A stretch of 64,000 nucleotides of DNA from the human T2T-CHM13v2.0 reference genome, Homo sapiens. Positions 1 to 24,522 of this stretch are shown in pieces (position 1 is the first letter of the stretch; each line of letters opens with the position of its first letter). Both the position numbers and the translations under genes were made by a program. The notes below the pieces were generated by a model that was given only the letters and a program-made list of their open reading frames with translations, did no database searches and was not told where the DNA came from. The stretch lies in assembly GCF_009914755.1 (NCBI RefSeq), contig NC_060925.1; one strand, 5' to 3'.

Positions 1-144
1 GCTTTTTAGTTTCTTGAGCCACCAAACTCACTCTCCTGGAGATGCTCTTCCGCTCTTTCTTTGCTGGGCTGGCTTCTTCTCACCCTTCCGGTCTCAGCTT
101 ATATCTTCCCTCCTTCCAGAGGCTTCCCTGCCCATCCCAGCTAA

Positions 145-483
<339 letters not shown>

Positions 484-1640
484 TAATTATTTTATTTGTT
501 GACTTTTATGTCTGTCTACCCCCTCTAGAGATCAGGAGCGCCTAAATGCAGCATCCAGGCCTGTCTTGTTCCTTAGGGTTCCTACAGCCGACAGCCTACT
601 AGCCTCCAGCCTCCAGCCTCCAGTGCCTGCCAGAACTGGCCCTCTGTTCATGTTGCCAAATACTGAGACTCGATGGGTCCAGACCACTCTGTTCAGTCAC
701 CCGCAGTGACTCCCAGCTCCCCTTTTGCTCACCCAGAATCACGCTCTCTCCTCTCCCCAGCCTCAGTGGAATAACTTGTGGGTTATCTTGTCATTTATCA
801 ATCTCTAATAAAAGCCAGATTATATTTAGAACAGGTGAAAGCAACGATCTAACATCTCTGAGAGGATTTTCCACTCCCATCTGCCTTTCTACTACAATTT
901 GGTTTCCTGTGGTGGTTGCAGAGACTGCCGAGCCAGCCAGCTTTGTTATTCTGGGGTGCAGAAAAGAGCCTCAAAAGAAAGCCAAGCCCCTCTTCTTCCA
1001 CCCTGCACAGAGAAAGAAATGAGGTGTCTAGTGCATGCGCCTGGTGTACAGTGGGAAGCCTGGGATGAGGCCTTGTGCTCATTTGCTGTGTGACCTTTCC
1101 CTCTCTGAGCCTCAGTTACCCACCTGTAAAAGGAAGGGGTTGGAGCATTAATTACTAAAGGCCTGTGACAGCTAAGATTTGGATGGCACCATGAGCCAAC
1201 GGTTCTTTTACACTCCTGGGCATCGGTTATATGGCAGTCCCAGTTCTTTCTATGAAATGAAATGTAGTTGATGCCTTTTTTAGTGTATGTGCAGATGCAT
1301 GCAAATTAACACAAAATAAGAACCCCAGAGGCTCTCGTTCACAGGACCAAGGTCTGGCCAGACCTGGGATGAAAGAAGAAATGTAGTTCATGTTTCCAAC
1401 ACTGCTTGGTGTCTTTCCCAACATCCCACTCTACAGAGAGGAAACTGAGGAGGGAAAGTGACTTGCCTGAGGCCATGCAGCAAGACACTGACAAAGTACA
1501 ATTAGCAGCCAGGTCTCCTTTCTAGCACTTTCCTTACCTCATCTTCCTGCCGTTTAGCCATAGGCCTGGGGATAGGAACCTAGCTCTAAGGAAAGTTTGT
1601 CCTCTAGTTGACACAAAGTGAACTTGGATAAGCTTCCTAA

Positions 1641-2494
<854 letters not shown>

Positions 2495-3257
2495 TTAGAA
2501 ATTCCAGAAACTCCATTACCTGTAAGATAGAGCACATGTAGAGAAATCATGAAAAACAAGCCTGGGGACCAAATTGTAAAGCCTGAAATGGCAAGCTTAG
2601 GAATACGGACTTTATTCTGAAAGCAATAGGGAGCCATCGAAAGTTTTATGGCAGTGAGAGAAGTGATCAGATTCATATTTAGGGTGACCTGATTGCCTGC
2701 TGGTAGCAAGGAAATCAGTCTGAAGACTGAGGCAATAGTTCCAGAGGTAAAGGCAAAGGCCTGAACCGGGTCTACATGGCAGGGATGGAGATGGGCATTT
2801 GTCTGAATGGAGCAGACTGAGCCTGTTTGGATGGGGAAGCGAGGGAGAGGACTGAGAACTGTGGGTTCGCTTAATCCAGTGAGCAAGGGTGCTGAGGTCC
2901 CTCTGTCCTTTTCACTACTGGCTATTTCCCCAAGCTAGTGCCCATGCAGAAGGTGAGGCTGGGGGTCAGTGGAGCAACTGCCTGCCGGCTATACAGGACA
3001 GAGGGCAGCTTGACTTTGTTCCCTGGAGATGTTTATTCTATTCTTTGGGCTTATTAAGGAAAGACCTCAGGGCCTTAGGGGACCACAAGTCAAGTATTTC
3101 TCAAACCTTCATTTAGTACCCACTAGGGTAAAGTTCTAGTGTAGTGGACAGATATATTGAGGCTATATTTTCTGAACATCAAACTGGGACACATGAACTG
3201 CATAGAAGTTTTTCAGATTTGACATTTGTTTATATGAAAAGTCCTTTAATGACATTT

Positions 3258-3702
3258 TATGGGTTGAATTGTGTCCCCCCAAAATATATGTTGAGGTCCT
3301 AACCCGTAGTACCTCAGAATGTGACCTTACTTGGAAATAAGGTCGTGGCAGGTATAATTAGTTCAGATGAGGTCATACTGAAGCAGGATGGGCCCTTCAT
3401 CCCATATGACTGGTGTCATTATACGAAGAGGAGAGAGACACACAGGGAGAATGCCACAAGATGACGGAGGCTGAAACTGGAGGGGTGTTTGTCGAAAACC
3501 AGGGAATGCCAAGAACTGACGGCCACCACCAGAAGCTAGGAAGGGGCAAGGAAGGACTCTACTCAGATTCTTAGGGATAGCACAGCCCTGAAGACGTCTG
3601 GATTTCAATCTCAGGTCTTTGGAACTGGGAGAGAAAACGTTTTTGTTGGTTTAGGCCTCCCAGCTTGTGGTACTTTGTTATAGCAGCCTAGGAAACTAAT
3701 AG
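3258..3702 (+). mobile_element. MLT1 (ERVL-MaLR) solo LTR
   Basis: Starts TATGGGTTGAATTGTGTCCCCCCAAAA and ends TTTGTTATAGCAGCCTAGGAAACTAATA, typical MLT1 termini. Confidence 0.85.
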
Positions 3703-3713
3703 CATCTAAATCA

Positions 3714-4311
<598 letters not shown>

Positions 4312-4825
4312 TCACATGTAATTGTCTGTTTGGGCCCCCACTGATCACCACTTCTAAGGGGGGGCTCTTCTCTGGAACAACCGTGTATAGGTCCCCATTC
4401 CCACGGCAATGCTTTGAGGGGCTTTTTGCCTGGGCTCTGGCTGCTCCCTGGCCCCTCCACTCAGCGACTTCCCTCCCCTCCCCTCTCGGCTCCAGCACAT
4501 CATCTTCTGTTTGGGCTTTTCCTCCGGTTGCTCCCTCCATGTTCCCCCCCGCCTTTTCTCCCAACACCAGCTCCCACTTCCCCTTCCTTAGTGGAGTAGG
4601 TAAGAGCAGACCGCCTGGTTTCAAGTCCTGGCCGTGCCATTTCCTAGCATCTAGCAGTGAGAACTTGGGCAAGTTCTTCCCTTCTCAATGCCTCAATTTC
4701 CTCAACTGTAAAAGGGGAATACTAGCAGTTCCTAGCTCACAGGGTTGTTTGAGGATGGAAAGGTATTAAAAAGCCTTACGGGGCCTTAGCTCTTTAATTT
4801 GGCTTGTAGTAAGCACACAAAAGTG

Positions 4826-5735
<910 letters not shown>

Positions 5736-7790
5736 AGAAGTGAGAGTCTTACTCTAGGTTCTTGAACCCTGCTCCAGCACCCCTGACCTTGCCCCCAACC
5801 CCAGCACATCCTGCCCTCCCGTGGCGCCCCCTCCACACACTGTTGCCCACGCACACCTGCCTGGTCCCCAGGCAGCAGCTTCCCCTGACACACATTTTCC
5901 ACTGCTGGGCGGGGCAGAGCAGGTTACAGGTGAAAACAAGGTTTCCTTTCCTGAGTCCTTCCCCCACCTCCCAGCCCTGTTCCCTGGTTTGGTTTCTGTC
6001 CCTGCAGAACATACCTGTCCACAGTCCCTGACTTCAATGGCACAGGGTCCATTGGGGGCCAGAACATTCAAGGCTATGTGAGTGCCACCTAGGGTCTTAG
6101 ATCAAGTACAGGGTATAGTCAGGACCTTGGCTCTGCTGCATTTGAACTGTGTGACTCTGGGCAAACCCGTTCCCCAGTCTGAGCTGGGTGACTCTGGGCA
6201 AGCCCCTTCTGCCCTCTTTCCCCATCTGCAAAAAGGAATAGTAATTCCAGTCCCCTGGGACTGTTATGGGGATTAAATGGGAGAATAGAGGGAGTGTGAA
6301 TGAGTTCTATCAATCTGATTATTTGTGGGGACAGGGCAGGTACCCAGTGGAAGTAGGAGAGGTCACTTTCTCTGGGCCCAGCACTATGCCAGCCACTGAG
6401 GGGTTGTGAGTGTTTAGAATCTAGTGTGTGCTCCGGATGGGGGAGGGAGACTCCAGTGGACAGTACACTAGCCTGAGAGTAAGAGACCTGGGTTTGGATC
6501 CCCTAACTCTCTGTGTAACTTTGGCATGTCTCATCGCCACTTCAGGCCTCAGTTTCCCTGACTTGAAATAAGGGGACTAACTTGGATGCTCCTCAGGTCT
6601 GATGTCCTGGAGACTGCACTGTGCCAAGAGAAGGCAAGGCCAGGTAAAAATGGTGCAAACTTCCAAGTTGACACCATTCCTAAGTCACTCCTGCTGAGAA
6701 CCTGGGGTGAAATCTTGGCTAGAGGCCAGTTCTCCTTGATTTCCTCCCATCGGCTTCTGTGACAAGTTCTTTTGTGTCCCTAGCTGGTCTGAATCGCTGC
6801 CCATCTCATCAGCCAGGCTTCCTTCTTCTGGCTTCATGAGCCCCTGCTCCTCTATGAAGACCAGCTGCAGTGTTCCTTCCTCCGGGAAGCCTTTTCTGAC
6901 TCCCTCCAGCAGAATTAGGCATTTCCTCCTTGGAGCTCTCACTGCCCCTCCTAGAACACTCCATCACCGCACTTACCTCTCTTGCTTAGACTAAGTGTCT
7001 GAATACCTCACCAGGTTTGAAGGCAAGATCTGAGTCTTGTAGTTGCATGTCAGGCATCCAGCACAGGACCATGTGCAGAGTCAATGGTGGAGGATGGATG
7101 GGGGAATGGGGAGAAAATGAATGAATGGATGAATGAAGGAATTGAGAGGTGGATGGCTGTGTAGGCTATGGACAGATGATTTGATGGGGGGATGAATAAT
7201 TGTTAAAGTGAAGAGGTCAGCGAATAATTAGCTACTGATAATTATTGTTGGCACCACACATCACTGGAGTCACCAAACACACGCCTGGACATACCAGCGA
7301 ATGCTCCTTGCTTCCATGATTCCAGGGCTCTGGTTTCCCCTCCAATGCATGGATGTTGGCCAGAGAACCCTCCTATGGCTCTCTCCACATGAGAGCCTGG
7401 GGTCAGCTGCCCATTAGAATGTCTTACCTTTCTCAACACATTTTAATTTCTCAACTATCAGGGTTAAGATGATGGTGACTAATTCACTGTGAACTCTGCG
7501 TACTACACGAGGCTCGGGAGTGGGTGTTTCTGGATGTTTTGGTGAGGAGGGAATTGCTGACCATGACACTGGCAAAGATGCCAAGATGACCCACTGGCCA
7601 CTTTTCCTGCCTCGTCTACTTTCCCTTCCTCTCCCCACCATCCAGTACAGCCTGTACCTTCACCCATGAACAACCCTCTCATCTGCTAAAAGAGAATTTT
7701 ACAACTGACCTTGAGTCGCCAGTTATCTTCTGCAACCTACTCCATGCCACCTCAGAGACCCAAGAAGAATAGGGGTCAGAACCCAATTTA

Positions 7791-9004
<1,214 letters not shown>

Positions 9005-9820
9005 GTTACAGCTTTTAGAAGTTATATTGTAGTTGTCTGTTTAGGGTCTGTCTCTCTGACTAGCCCAGGAGCTCCTTGAGGGCAGGAACTATATCTTGGT
9101 CATCTCTACTCCTAATTCCTTGCAGACAGCCTGGCACACAGCAGATGCTCAGCAGTAATTAATAAAGTGGATGACTACATGTATGTGAAAGCAGTGTGAA
9201 TTGCAGTGAGAATTTTATTATTCTTCCATACCTGGAGTTCTAGGTGAAAACAACAGGATACATGCCACATAAACCCTGATCAAGGCTCTGGCAGGGAACA
9301 GATGGTACAACCAAATGGGTAATTTGTAAAAAGTTTAATGAAGGGATTACTAACAAAGGTGTGGACAAGGTTTAGGAAAACCAGGGGGAATGGTGCAGTA
9401 CCCCAGGGCTGGCAGGCAATATGAGGAGCTGTTACCACCTGTGGCCTGAAGGGTGGGGAGGGAGAGGTCACCTGGACCCATGGCCAGAGATGTATGCACA
9501 GGGCTGCCTGATAGGAGCTGTAGGCTTCGGGTGAGGGACACAGCCAAGGTGGCAACCCTGTAGGAAGGGGCTGGGGAATAAATACCAGTCCCCACTTGCC
9601 ACCTGTCCTCTGTCCTCTTGCCTCACCCAGCCAGAAGCCAGAGGGCAATGGGAGCCATTGATGTCACCCACAAAGGTCACCTAATCAAGGTACAGAACAG
9701 GTTGAGGAAGGGCAGAGGAGAGTTCTAGAGGGGCAAACAGAGAGATCCAGCATGAGAAAGAACATAATACCCTCAGGATCTTTAAAGGACTTCTGGATAT
9801 GCTTATAAAATACAATAAAT

Positions 9821-10321
<501 letters not shown>

Positions 10322-13300
10322 TTAAGCACCTACTGTGTGTCAGGTGCTGTGCTAATCCATTTTCCAGTTGTGGAAACTGAGTCTCAGAGAGGCTAAGCAA
10401 CCTGCCCAAGGTCACACAACAGGAAGTAGCATAGCCAGGACTGGAACACAAGTGGGCCTCAAAGTGCAGGTTCTCATCACCTGGTAGCAACTACCTATTG
10501 CTAGGCACTATTTCCAATCCAACAAAGCTCTACAAGGTCAGTGTTTTTTTCCAGAAACTTAGAGAGGTCAGATGATTTCTCCAGGGCCACACAGCTCATA
10601 GGGGGTGGGGGTAGGGGCAGGGAAGCAGGGTTGGAGAGTTTGCCATTAGTTGGAGCAGGTGACTGGCAGATTGCACGGTGGCAGCCTCAGGGATTTTTTT
10701 AGCCCCAACGGGTGGAGCCACCTCTCACCAGGTGCCTCCCGGAGTCACTCCCCAGCTGCAACCACAGGATTTAGACTTTCAAAGCTGGGCAGGGCCCTCA
10801 GCATCCTCTAGGCTGCCTCTTGCCTGTGACTTTAAAACTAATAATAATGATCGCAGTCAGCCATGGCTTCCTGAACCCCTGGTGTACTCATTCATTGTCT
10901 TTCTCTACATTGTCGCTAATCTGACCACAACTCTCCTTTAGGATTGTACAACATCTACAGGCAGGTATCATGGGCTGCTCATTTTGTAGAAGAAGTCTGA
11001 GGCTTAGAAGGCAAATGACTTGTCCACGATCGCGAGGCAAGTCAGACCCTTCAGAGCCAGACCCTGACCCCAGGGCAGTGTATGCAGCTTAGAGCACTGA
11101 TCCTGGACCTGGAAAGGCTGCATCCACATCCCCAATTGCACCTACCAGCTGTGCTGACCTTGGACAAGTCATTTCTCTGCATCTTAGTTTCCTCATCTAT
11201 GAAATAGGAACAGCAATAGCATCTGCTTCATCTGGTTGTGGTAAGGATGAAATGAATGATAATACATAAAGCACTCAGAGCAGTTATTAGAAACACACCA
11301 AGGGCTTTATAAGCATTGTATCCTGGAGTCCACTGAGCTTTCCAACCTTGTCTGAGGAGGCTCTTAAAATTGCTTCTGTGTGACCCTGGCTTTCATAGTA
11401 ATCAACTGAATGGTTCCCACCAGGGCCATGCACTATGCTTCACAGGCCATGCTTGCCCCATTCAGCCCTCACCATCACCCTGTCCCCATTTTGCAGACAA
11501 GGAAACTGAGGCCCAGAGAGGAGTTATGACCTGCTCAGGCCTCCACATCTCAGAAACTGCAGAGCCAGGGGGACTTCTCCCAAGTCGAAGCTGGTAGTCC
11601 CCGCCTCCCAACCGCAGGAAACCCAGATTGTTATGATTACTGGTATTGTTGTCCAAAACAATACTGGAGACGATGACAATACAACAATCATGGAGGGTGC
11701 TTATTTCCACTGGCTCAACAATTATCCCAACGCCCATATGGAGGGGGCCTGGGGCTTCAAGAAGAGGCTTCTCGAGGCAGGATGAACAAACAAGCAGTGA
11801 AAAGCCTGCAGCTGGGCCCCAGGTGCTGGAAGAGAGAGTGGGGCAGGAAGCGGGCAGGCCATTTCTTTCCTCTTCTTTCTTATTTGTTTGAGAAGCAACT
11901 TTACTTTCTAAATCGGTCATTGTCACCCGTTAGCCCCCGCCCCACCTGGGCCAGGGCCTCTGGTGACGGGAGCTCAGGAGGAAGCTCTAGGGGGCAGGAG
12001 GGATGAGGGTGCGAGGTGGGGCAGGGCCTGGGCCCAGCTGGACATGGGGGCTTCTTTCCTGCAGGGGCCTCATAGGCCACCTTCAGGTGACCTGGGCCTG
12101 GCAGACAGTACCTGCTGGAGGTGTGACCTGAGTCCTCCAGGTTCAGCTGCCAGTGGGGAGGGGAGGGAACCCTCATCAACAGGGAAGTAGCTGGCACTGT
12201 GGTCAGGGGCCTGGCTCTGGAGTCAGACCCATTTGGCTTCCACAGTCTGTCACCTCGGGCAAGTTACTTCACCTCTCTGAAAATGGGATGGTTTGTTGTG
12301 AAGATTAAAAATAATGAAACCACATGACACATGGAAAGCATTTAACACGTTTACTAGCACTTAAGCACATTTACCACTGGAGATTTACTTAAGAAGCCAA
12401 TAGGTATTGGGCATTTACTATGCACCAGGCACTTTTAAAGCATTCTACACGTATTAATTCATTTATTTGGCACAATTAACATTCTTCCCACTTAACAGAT
12501 GAGAAAACTGAGGCACACAGAGAGGTAGAGTTCCTCACACAGGGGCAGATCCAGGCTTGGCAGGATGTCAGTAAAGGTTATACAATACTGAGGGCGGGGG
12601 GGTCTCTTTAAATAATGAAGTACAAGGCCATGCCAATGAGGGACCCAGGACTTAAACCTCACCATCCTCACCTTAAATCTCCCTCTAAGCTCTGCCGCCC
12701 TGCTAGGAAGTGGTAGCAGAGGCCAGGTGGCTAGCTCCAGAACCCGTAAGAGTTATAAGCACTATTGAGAGTACACGAGACAGTCACTGCAGAATGCCAC
12801 ACAAATAAGAGGCAGCACTTCCATTGCATGTACCATGGGCTACACACTCATTTAACCCTTCCAGGAACCTAATGAGGGTGGCATATTATTACCACGCCCA
12901 TTTTACAGATAAGGAAGTCAAGGCTCAGAGCGGACCAATGGTTTGCCTGAACGCACAGTGCTAAGGAGTGGTAGACCAGGATTCCAGCCCAGGCAGCCTG
13001 ATCTCAGGGGCCACCTGTTTAGCCACTACAATAACTGTCACCTCGCTCATGACTGGGGCTCAGCACCTTCCTCTCACCTCCCCTTGCAGGCTCTCCCATC
13101 TGTTCCCTGACAGCAGCTTGGGGTGTGGACAAGACACCCCTGCTTTGGAGTCAGAGATGCCTGGATACTAATCCTCACCCTGTTGCTTGCTCGCTGTGTG
13201 TCCCTGAGACAGTCTTTTCCCATCTCTGAGCCTTAATTTTCTCATCTGTAAAATAGGAATTGTGCAATTTATAGGGTGGTCATGAAATGCAGATACATCA

Positions 13301-15282
13301 ATTATTATTTTATGTGTTTTGTAACATACTATCAATAAGCCATGTATTTAAGTAAGTAAGTTGCCTTTGGATACCACTTCATAGGGTGGCTTGGAGAGTC
13401 AGAGTAAGGCGAAGAGTCTGGCCCATATTAAATGCTCAGGACCGGTAGAGATCACCATGCTGGGGACAAGGGGACAAGTCATTTGTGAGGAGTCAGGGGA
13501 ATGGAGAAATGGACAAAACCAGATGTTGGGATGCCTGCATTCTGGAGGGATTTCTACCACCAGCTTGTGGTGTGACCTTGGACAAGTCACTCCCTCCTTT
13601 CTGAACTCAGTTTCTCCATTTGCAAGTTGTAGGCATCGCTCCTCACTAATGCATGAATGAAACTGTCTCTAAGGTCCTTAAGAGACTGAATTTCTGGGTA
13701 GGAGCACAGGAGCATCTTCTGGGTCTCTCTGAGGGCTGCTCCCATGAAGTCTCCCCCCTACTCTTGGGGTGCTTTTCATGGCTCCCACTCTTGAGACAAA
13801 CAGGAGGGTTTGCAGGGAACTCATACATCTCATCTGCTCCAGCAGAACCACAGTGCATGGCTCAGCTCGTGGGCTCTGCAACTGGATAGCCTTGATCTAA
13901 TCTGTTTCTCACCTGTAAAATGGAGATGAAGATAATATAATAGATGTCCTTATCCTGAGTTCATAGAGGAGGAGACGGAGGTTCCAGGAGGCACAGGACT
14001 TGCTGGAGGTCATGGCTCTCACCTTGCCCTTGTCCTACTGCCTCTGGCCCACCCTTCTACAGATATGGGCTTTCCCTATGGGAATCCCAGCTTCCTCTCC
14101 CCATCCTAGAGGATTGGGTCACATTGTCTTTTGCCCTCTGCCTGACATCCTGTCTCTCCTCTCTCCCCATCTGGCAAACTCATCCAGTGGAGGTGGGCCA
14201 GCCCTGGTGTCCCCACTTACGAGCACGGTGACCCTGAGTAAGCCTCCCACCCTCTCTGGGCCCCATCCCCTCCCCGACGTCACAGGAACAACGTGGAAAC
14301 GCTTGGCACACCCAGTGCCTGACCCATGGTGAGTGCTCATGAAATGTCATCTCAAATGTTGTCTCCTCAGGGGGCTGCCCTGGGGCCTCCATGTGGACCA
14401 AATTTCTCTGGGCTTGCAAAACCCAGTCCCTTCAGCACTTATCACCCTGTATCATAACCATCCACCATCAGGTCTGTATCCCACGCATCCTCAGATCCCT
14501 GTGTCTTCTTTACATCCACTGTGTTTGGCATAGGGACTGATACAAAGGAGGCACTCAGTTAAAGATTGTTCAATGAGTGAGTGAATGAATGAATGAATAA
14601 ATGAATAAATGAATGAATGGTGCTGAGTGGTGCTACATTGCACCGGGGTAAGCATTTCTCAGTGTCTCTCACTCAGCCTTCTCTGTCACCCTATGGGGTG
14701 GGTGTTCTGTCATTGCCCCCATTTCACAGATAAGCAAACAGACTCTGCTGGGGGAGGTGGCATAATCAGTGTTGGTGAAACCGGGTCCCAGAGCCTTTCC
14801 ATGTCAGGTGAGGGTGGGTGGTTGGAGCCCAGAACAGTGAGTGTGAGTGACCCCTTCCAGAATTTGCCTTTGACCATTACCTCCTTATAGAACTTCTCTC
14901 CTCCCTCGAAGACGCTGCTTCTCCCAGAACCTCTCTCATACCCCTCAGTCTCCTTCCCAAGTTCCAGCCAACCCTTGAATATTAGTGTTCCCCAGGGTTC
15001 TGCCCTCAAGCCTCATTGTAAACTGAGGCAGGGCTGGAACCTCTTTTGTCTGCCCGGCATATTTTTCCAATCTTCTCATTTCCTGTCCATGTGCTCTGGT
15101 CAGGTATCCCTCACAGGGCCCCACCCACTGGGAAGGCAAGTAGGCCAATTACAGTGTCCCATTTTCCTTGATATACAGTGATTGGTTTGGGCCTGGGCAT
15201 GTGATACAAGTTGAGCCAATCAGAGCCCTCCCTGGAACTTTCGATGGAGCCAGTGGCGAAGCTTGGCTCTCTCCTGAAATGA

Positions 15283-17065
<1,783 letters not shown>

Positions 17066-18029
17066 TGAGCTACAACCATTTTTCAGAGAGTCCCGTCAAG
17101 GCTGACTCCTCTGGGAAGTACCCCCTGTACCAGCCTGATCCCCCTTGCCCAGAGAGTCGGCTTCCCCCCTCTTCTGTGCTCCCATCACACCTGGGCCTTT
17201 GCGTCATGGGCTAACTGGGACATGAGCCCCCAAGGGCAGGACCCAGCCTGACCTTCCTCTCCACCCTTGGGCCATCGCTGCACACTGCAGTGAGCTCCAT
17301 GGGTAAAGGGGAATGCCATCCGGCCCTTCTCACAGGGATCCTCCTGGCTCATCTCATTTGGTTCTTGACTCATCCTTGACTCTTTAGGGCAAAGAGGCAC
17401 CTGGAAGAAATAATTACAGTCTTTGCATGTGGGTAGTACTTCGCAGTTTACCAGGTGTTTCTGAGTTTCTCATTGGTCTTTATATGTCTGTGGGTTTCAG
17501 GGAAGTTGTTGTCAACCCCATTTTACAGATGGAAAGCTTGGTTCAGAGAGTTAGGGATGGAGCCAATCCCCAGTCTTGGGCAAGCCCCTGACCCTGAAAA
17601 TCCTTTTGTGATCCAAGCCCCCCATTTCCTAAACGTGTGCTGAGAACCAGGGAAAACCGGGGTATCCAAGTAAGAAGAGGGAATGCAGATTCTGGCCTGG
17701 GCTAACAGCAACAGTAATAATGACCCCACGGCAGCCACTGCCCTTGTCCTGCTCTGCGTTCCATCCACGTCACGAGCATCATCTGCTTATGAGGAAGGGT
17801 TACTCATTCCCATGTTACAGATAAGGAAACCGAGGCCCAGCAAAGCTAAGAGACTTGCCTTTCTTGGCCAGTTTCCTTCCGATGCCTTGGTGATCGCTAC
17901 AGCCCTTTACAGTTTGTAACTTTAGCACCCCTTTCCTGATCTCTCCAGTCTAGCACTGGTAGGTGGACGTGCTCCCATTTGACAGAAGCAGCAACTGAGG
18001 CTCAGAAGTCAAGGGTGGAGCTGGGAGAC

Positions 18030-18560
18030 GGCTCTCAGCCTTCCGATCATGGGAGCGCGCCCAGAGCCTGGTGGCGCAGCTCTGGCGGGGAGGCGGGGAG
18101 CAAGCGATAGGGCCGCGAGTGGGCGTCCGCGTCTCCTCCCCGCCAGCCGCCGCTGCCGCCGCCACAGCAGAGCCTGGCTTCCCCGCAGCAAGCGCGGCAG
18201 GTGCGCAGCCGGTGGCGGCGTCGGCGCGGCGGGTGCGCCCGCGTGGGCGTGGGCGAGGGACCTGGGCGGGCGGGGCCCCACGCCCATCCTCCCTCCCCCC
18301 TGCCCTCTCTCCCGTGGCTGGCGGCAGGTGAGTGGGTGTCGAGGAACCGCCAGGCAGCGGAGAAAACAGGACGCCGCAGAAATCAGATTACTCACCTGCA
18401 GCTGCTACTACCCAGGGCTAATAAAAGCAGAGCTTCCTGTTGTTTCTTTATTACCGCCCTCTGCCTCCCTCCGCCCCAATCCGCTCCCAGCTGCAGCCAG
18501 AGCCCTAACTGATCGCCAGAAACCGGTTGCTTGGGGTCCAGACCAATCCAGTGCCTGAAA
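18030..18560. promoter_or_regulatory. CpG island (orphan promoter/enhancer-like)
   Basis: Very high GC and CpG density in non-repeat DNA; GC boxes; CCAAT at about 18476 and 18543; consensus donor CAG|GTGAGT at 18325-18333; several E-boxes. Confidence 0.85.
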
Positions 18561-18589
18561 TACCCTCTGTGCCGCACAGGGTTGGGTTA

Positions 18590-18772
18590 ATGCTTCCTCA
18601 AGGGTGGACTTCGGTCACCTGCATGGGAACCACCTGGGGTGCTGGTTAACAACACACATCTCCAAATACGGCTTCACACCTGCTCGATCAATTCCTGCAG
18701 TTTGGGGCCCAAGAGCAGAATTCATAGGAATCTCAGGTGATTTGTAGGCAGGCTGAAGTTTGAGAACCACCG
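18590..18772. mobile_element. MER5A-like hAT-Charlie DNA transposon relic
   Basis: ...CACCTGGGG...AGGTGATT...AAGTTTGAGAACCAC pattern. Confidence 0.65.
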
Positions 18773-19822
18773 AGTCTGGATGTTGTAGGTTCAGATGATG
18801 TGGGTTTCCTGTTCTCAAATGCGACCCACAAGTTAGGGATGAAACCTATCCCCAGTCTTGGGCACGTGGGGCAGAGCCTCAGTCTGCTTATTTGTAAAAT
18901 GGGGGTGAAAATAATACAGACCTCTCAGGACTGACTGAAACAAGGCTCAAATGGAGAATACACTTATCGTGATTCCTAGCGATTGCTCCTGGAGTGTATA
19001 GACCAACCAGGACTAGGCACGGAGTACCATCCATGGAGTGTGAGGGGCAGGATGAAGAAGCAGGCAGAATGGACCTCGGCTGGGAAGGGGCCATGATTCA
19101 CCCTGGGTGCACTGAGAAAGACTTTTCACCGTTGAGCTTCTCCAGAGTCCAGTCCCCCTCACACCAGGAAAATGTTCCTGCCCAGGGCATGGACAACCCT
19201 GATGGCTAGATCCAGTGACCTCTTCTCAGCCCTTCTGTGACACCTGACTCTGGAGTGGACCTCACCTTTCTCCTCCAAGCTGTCACCTCCCTCAACTTCA
19301 GGGCAAGTTTGGATCCCCTTCTTCGTCTTCCTCCTATCTAGCTAGCAGCTCCCTTGCAGGCCCCCGCAGCCCTTCCTCCTCCTGCCTCCGCAGTCATGGG
19401 CACCTCGGCCTACTGCGCAGCCTCTACATCCTCCCAGGACAACTCACCCACTCCCAGTTACCTTCTTTAAGCTGAGCTCTGCCCTTCCTGAGTCCCTGAT
19501 TCATAAACACAGCACCTCCTAGACATCTCTGCTTGGCAACTCCCCTGCATCCAACTCAACTTGACCAGCTCCAAACTCATCATCTCACTCTCCCCTGCCA
19601 CCTGCCTCTTCTGGTTTCTCTGTCTCAGGGCAACACACCTGGATATTGTCCCAGGTGAGGTCTGCTCCTCAGCTCCTCATCCAGCTTTCCAATCCAATCC
19701 ATTTTATCTCCCCAGTTTTGCTCCAGAATCTGTCCCCTTCTTCCTAGTCTTCCTGTCCCTCTGCACCCCAGGTCCCCTAGTTCAGGACTCCATAATCTCT
19801 CACCTGGATGATTCTAACAGCC

Positions 19823-24126
<4,304 letters not shown>

Positions 24127-24522
24127 TAAAAGATCACTCTGACTGCCTTGTGATCAACTATCTATGAACTGATCTAAATACTTCTTGAAGCCACTAGTAT
24201 TTTTAGCCAGTACCCCCTCTGTGTGAAGCAAAACTTCCCTTTACTGGTCTTAAATTTACTTCTTTCGAGTTTCAAGGGGAGCCCCCTTCTGCCTCCTATC
24301 TTAGGGTTAGTGGCCCAATGCGAGATCTCTAGTAAAGGTTTTCACAGAGTGGGTGGGAGGAGGGTCTCCCAGTTTATACCTTACCTGCTCTGTGATGTTT
24401 CACCACCTGTAAAATGAAAATAATGAGAGTGGCCACCTCAAGAGGCTTTGATAATGAAATGGGACACAGCTTGGCAGCAGGGAGTAATCAATATAGGCTA
24501 GCTTCCATGCAGATGACAATTA

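Noticed and set aside
18049-18558. 169-aa ORF across the CpG island
   Set aside because: Low-complexity Arg/Ala/Pro composition is expected from GC-rich DNA; no recognisable domain.
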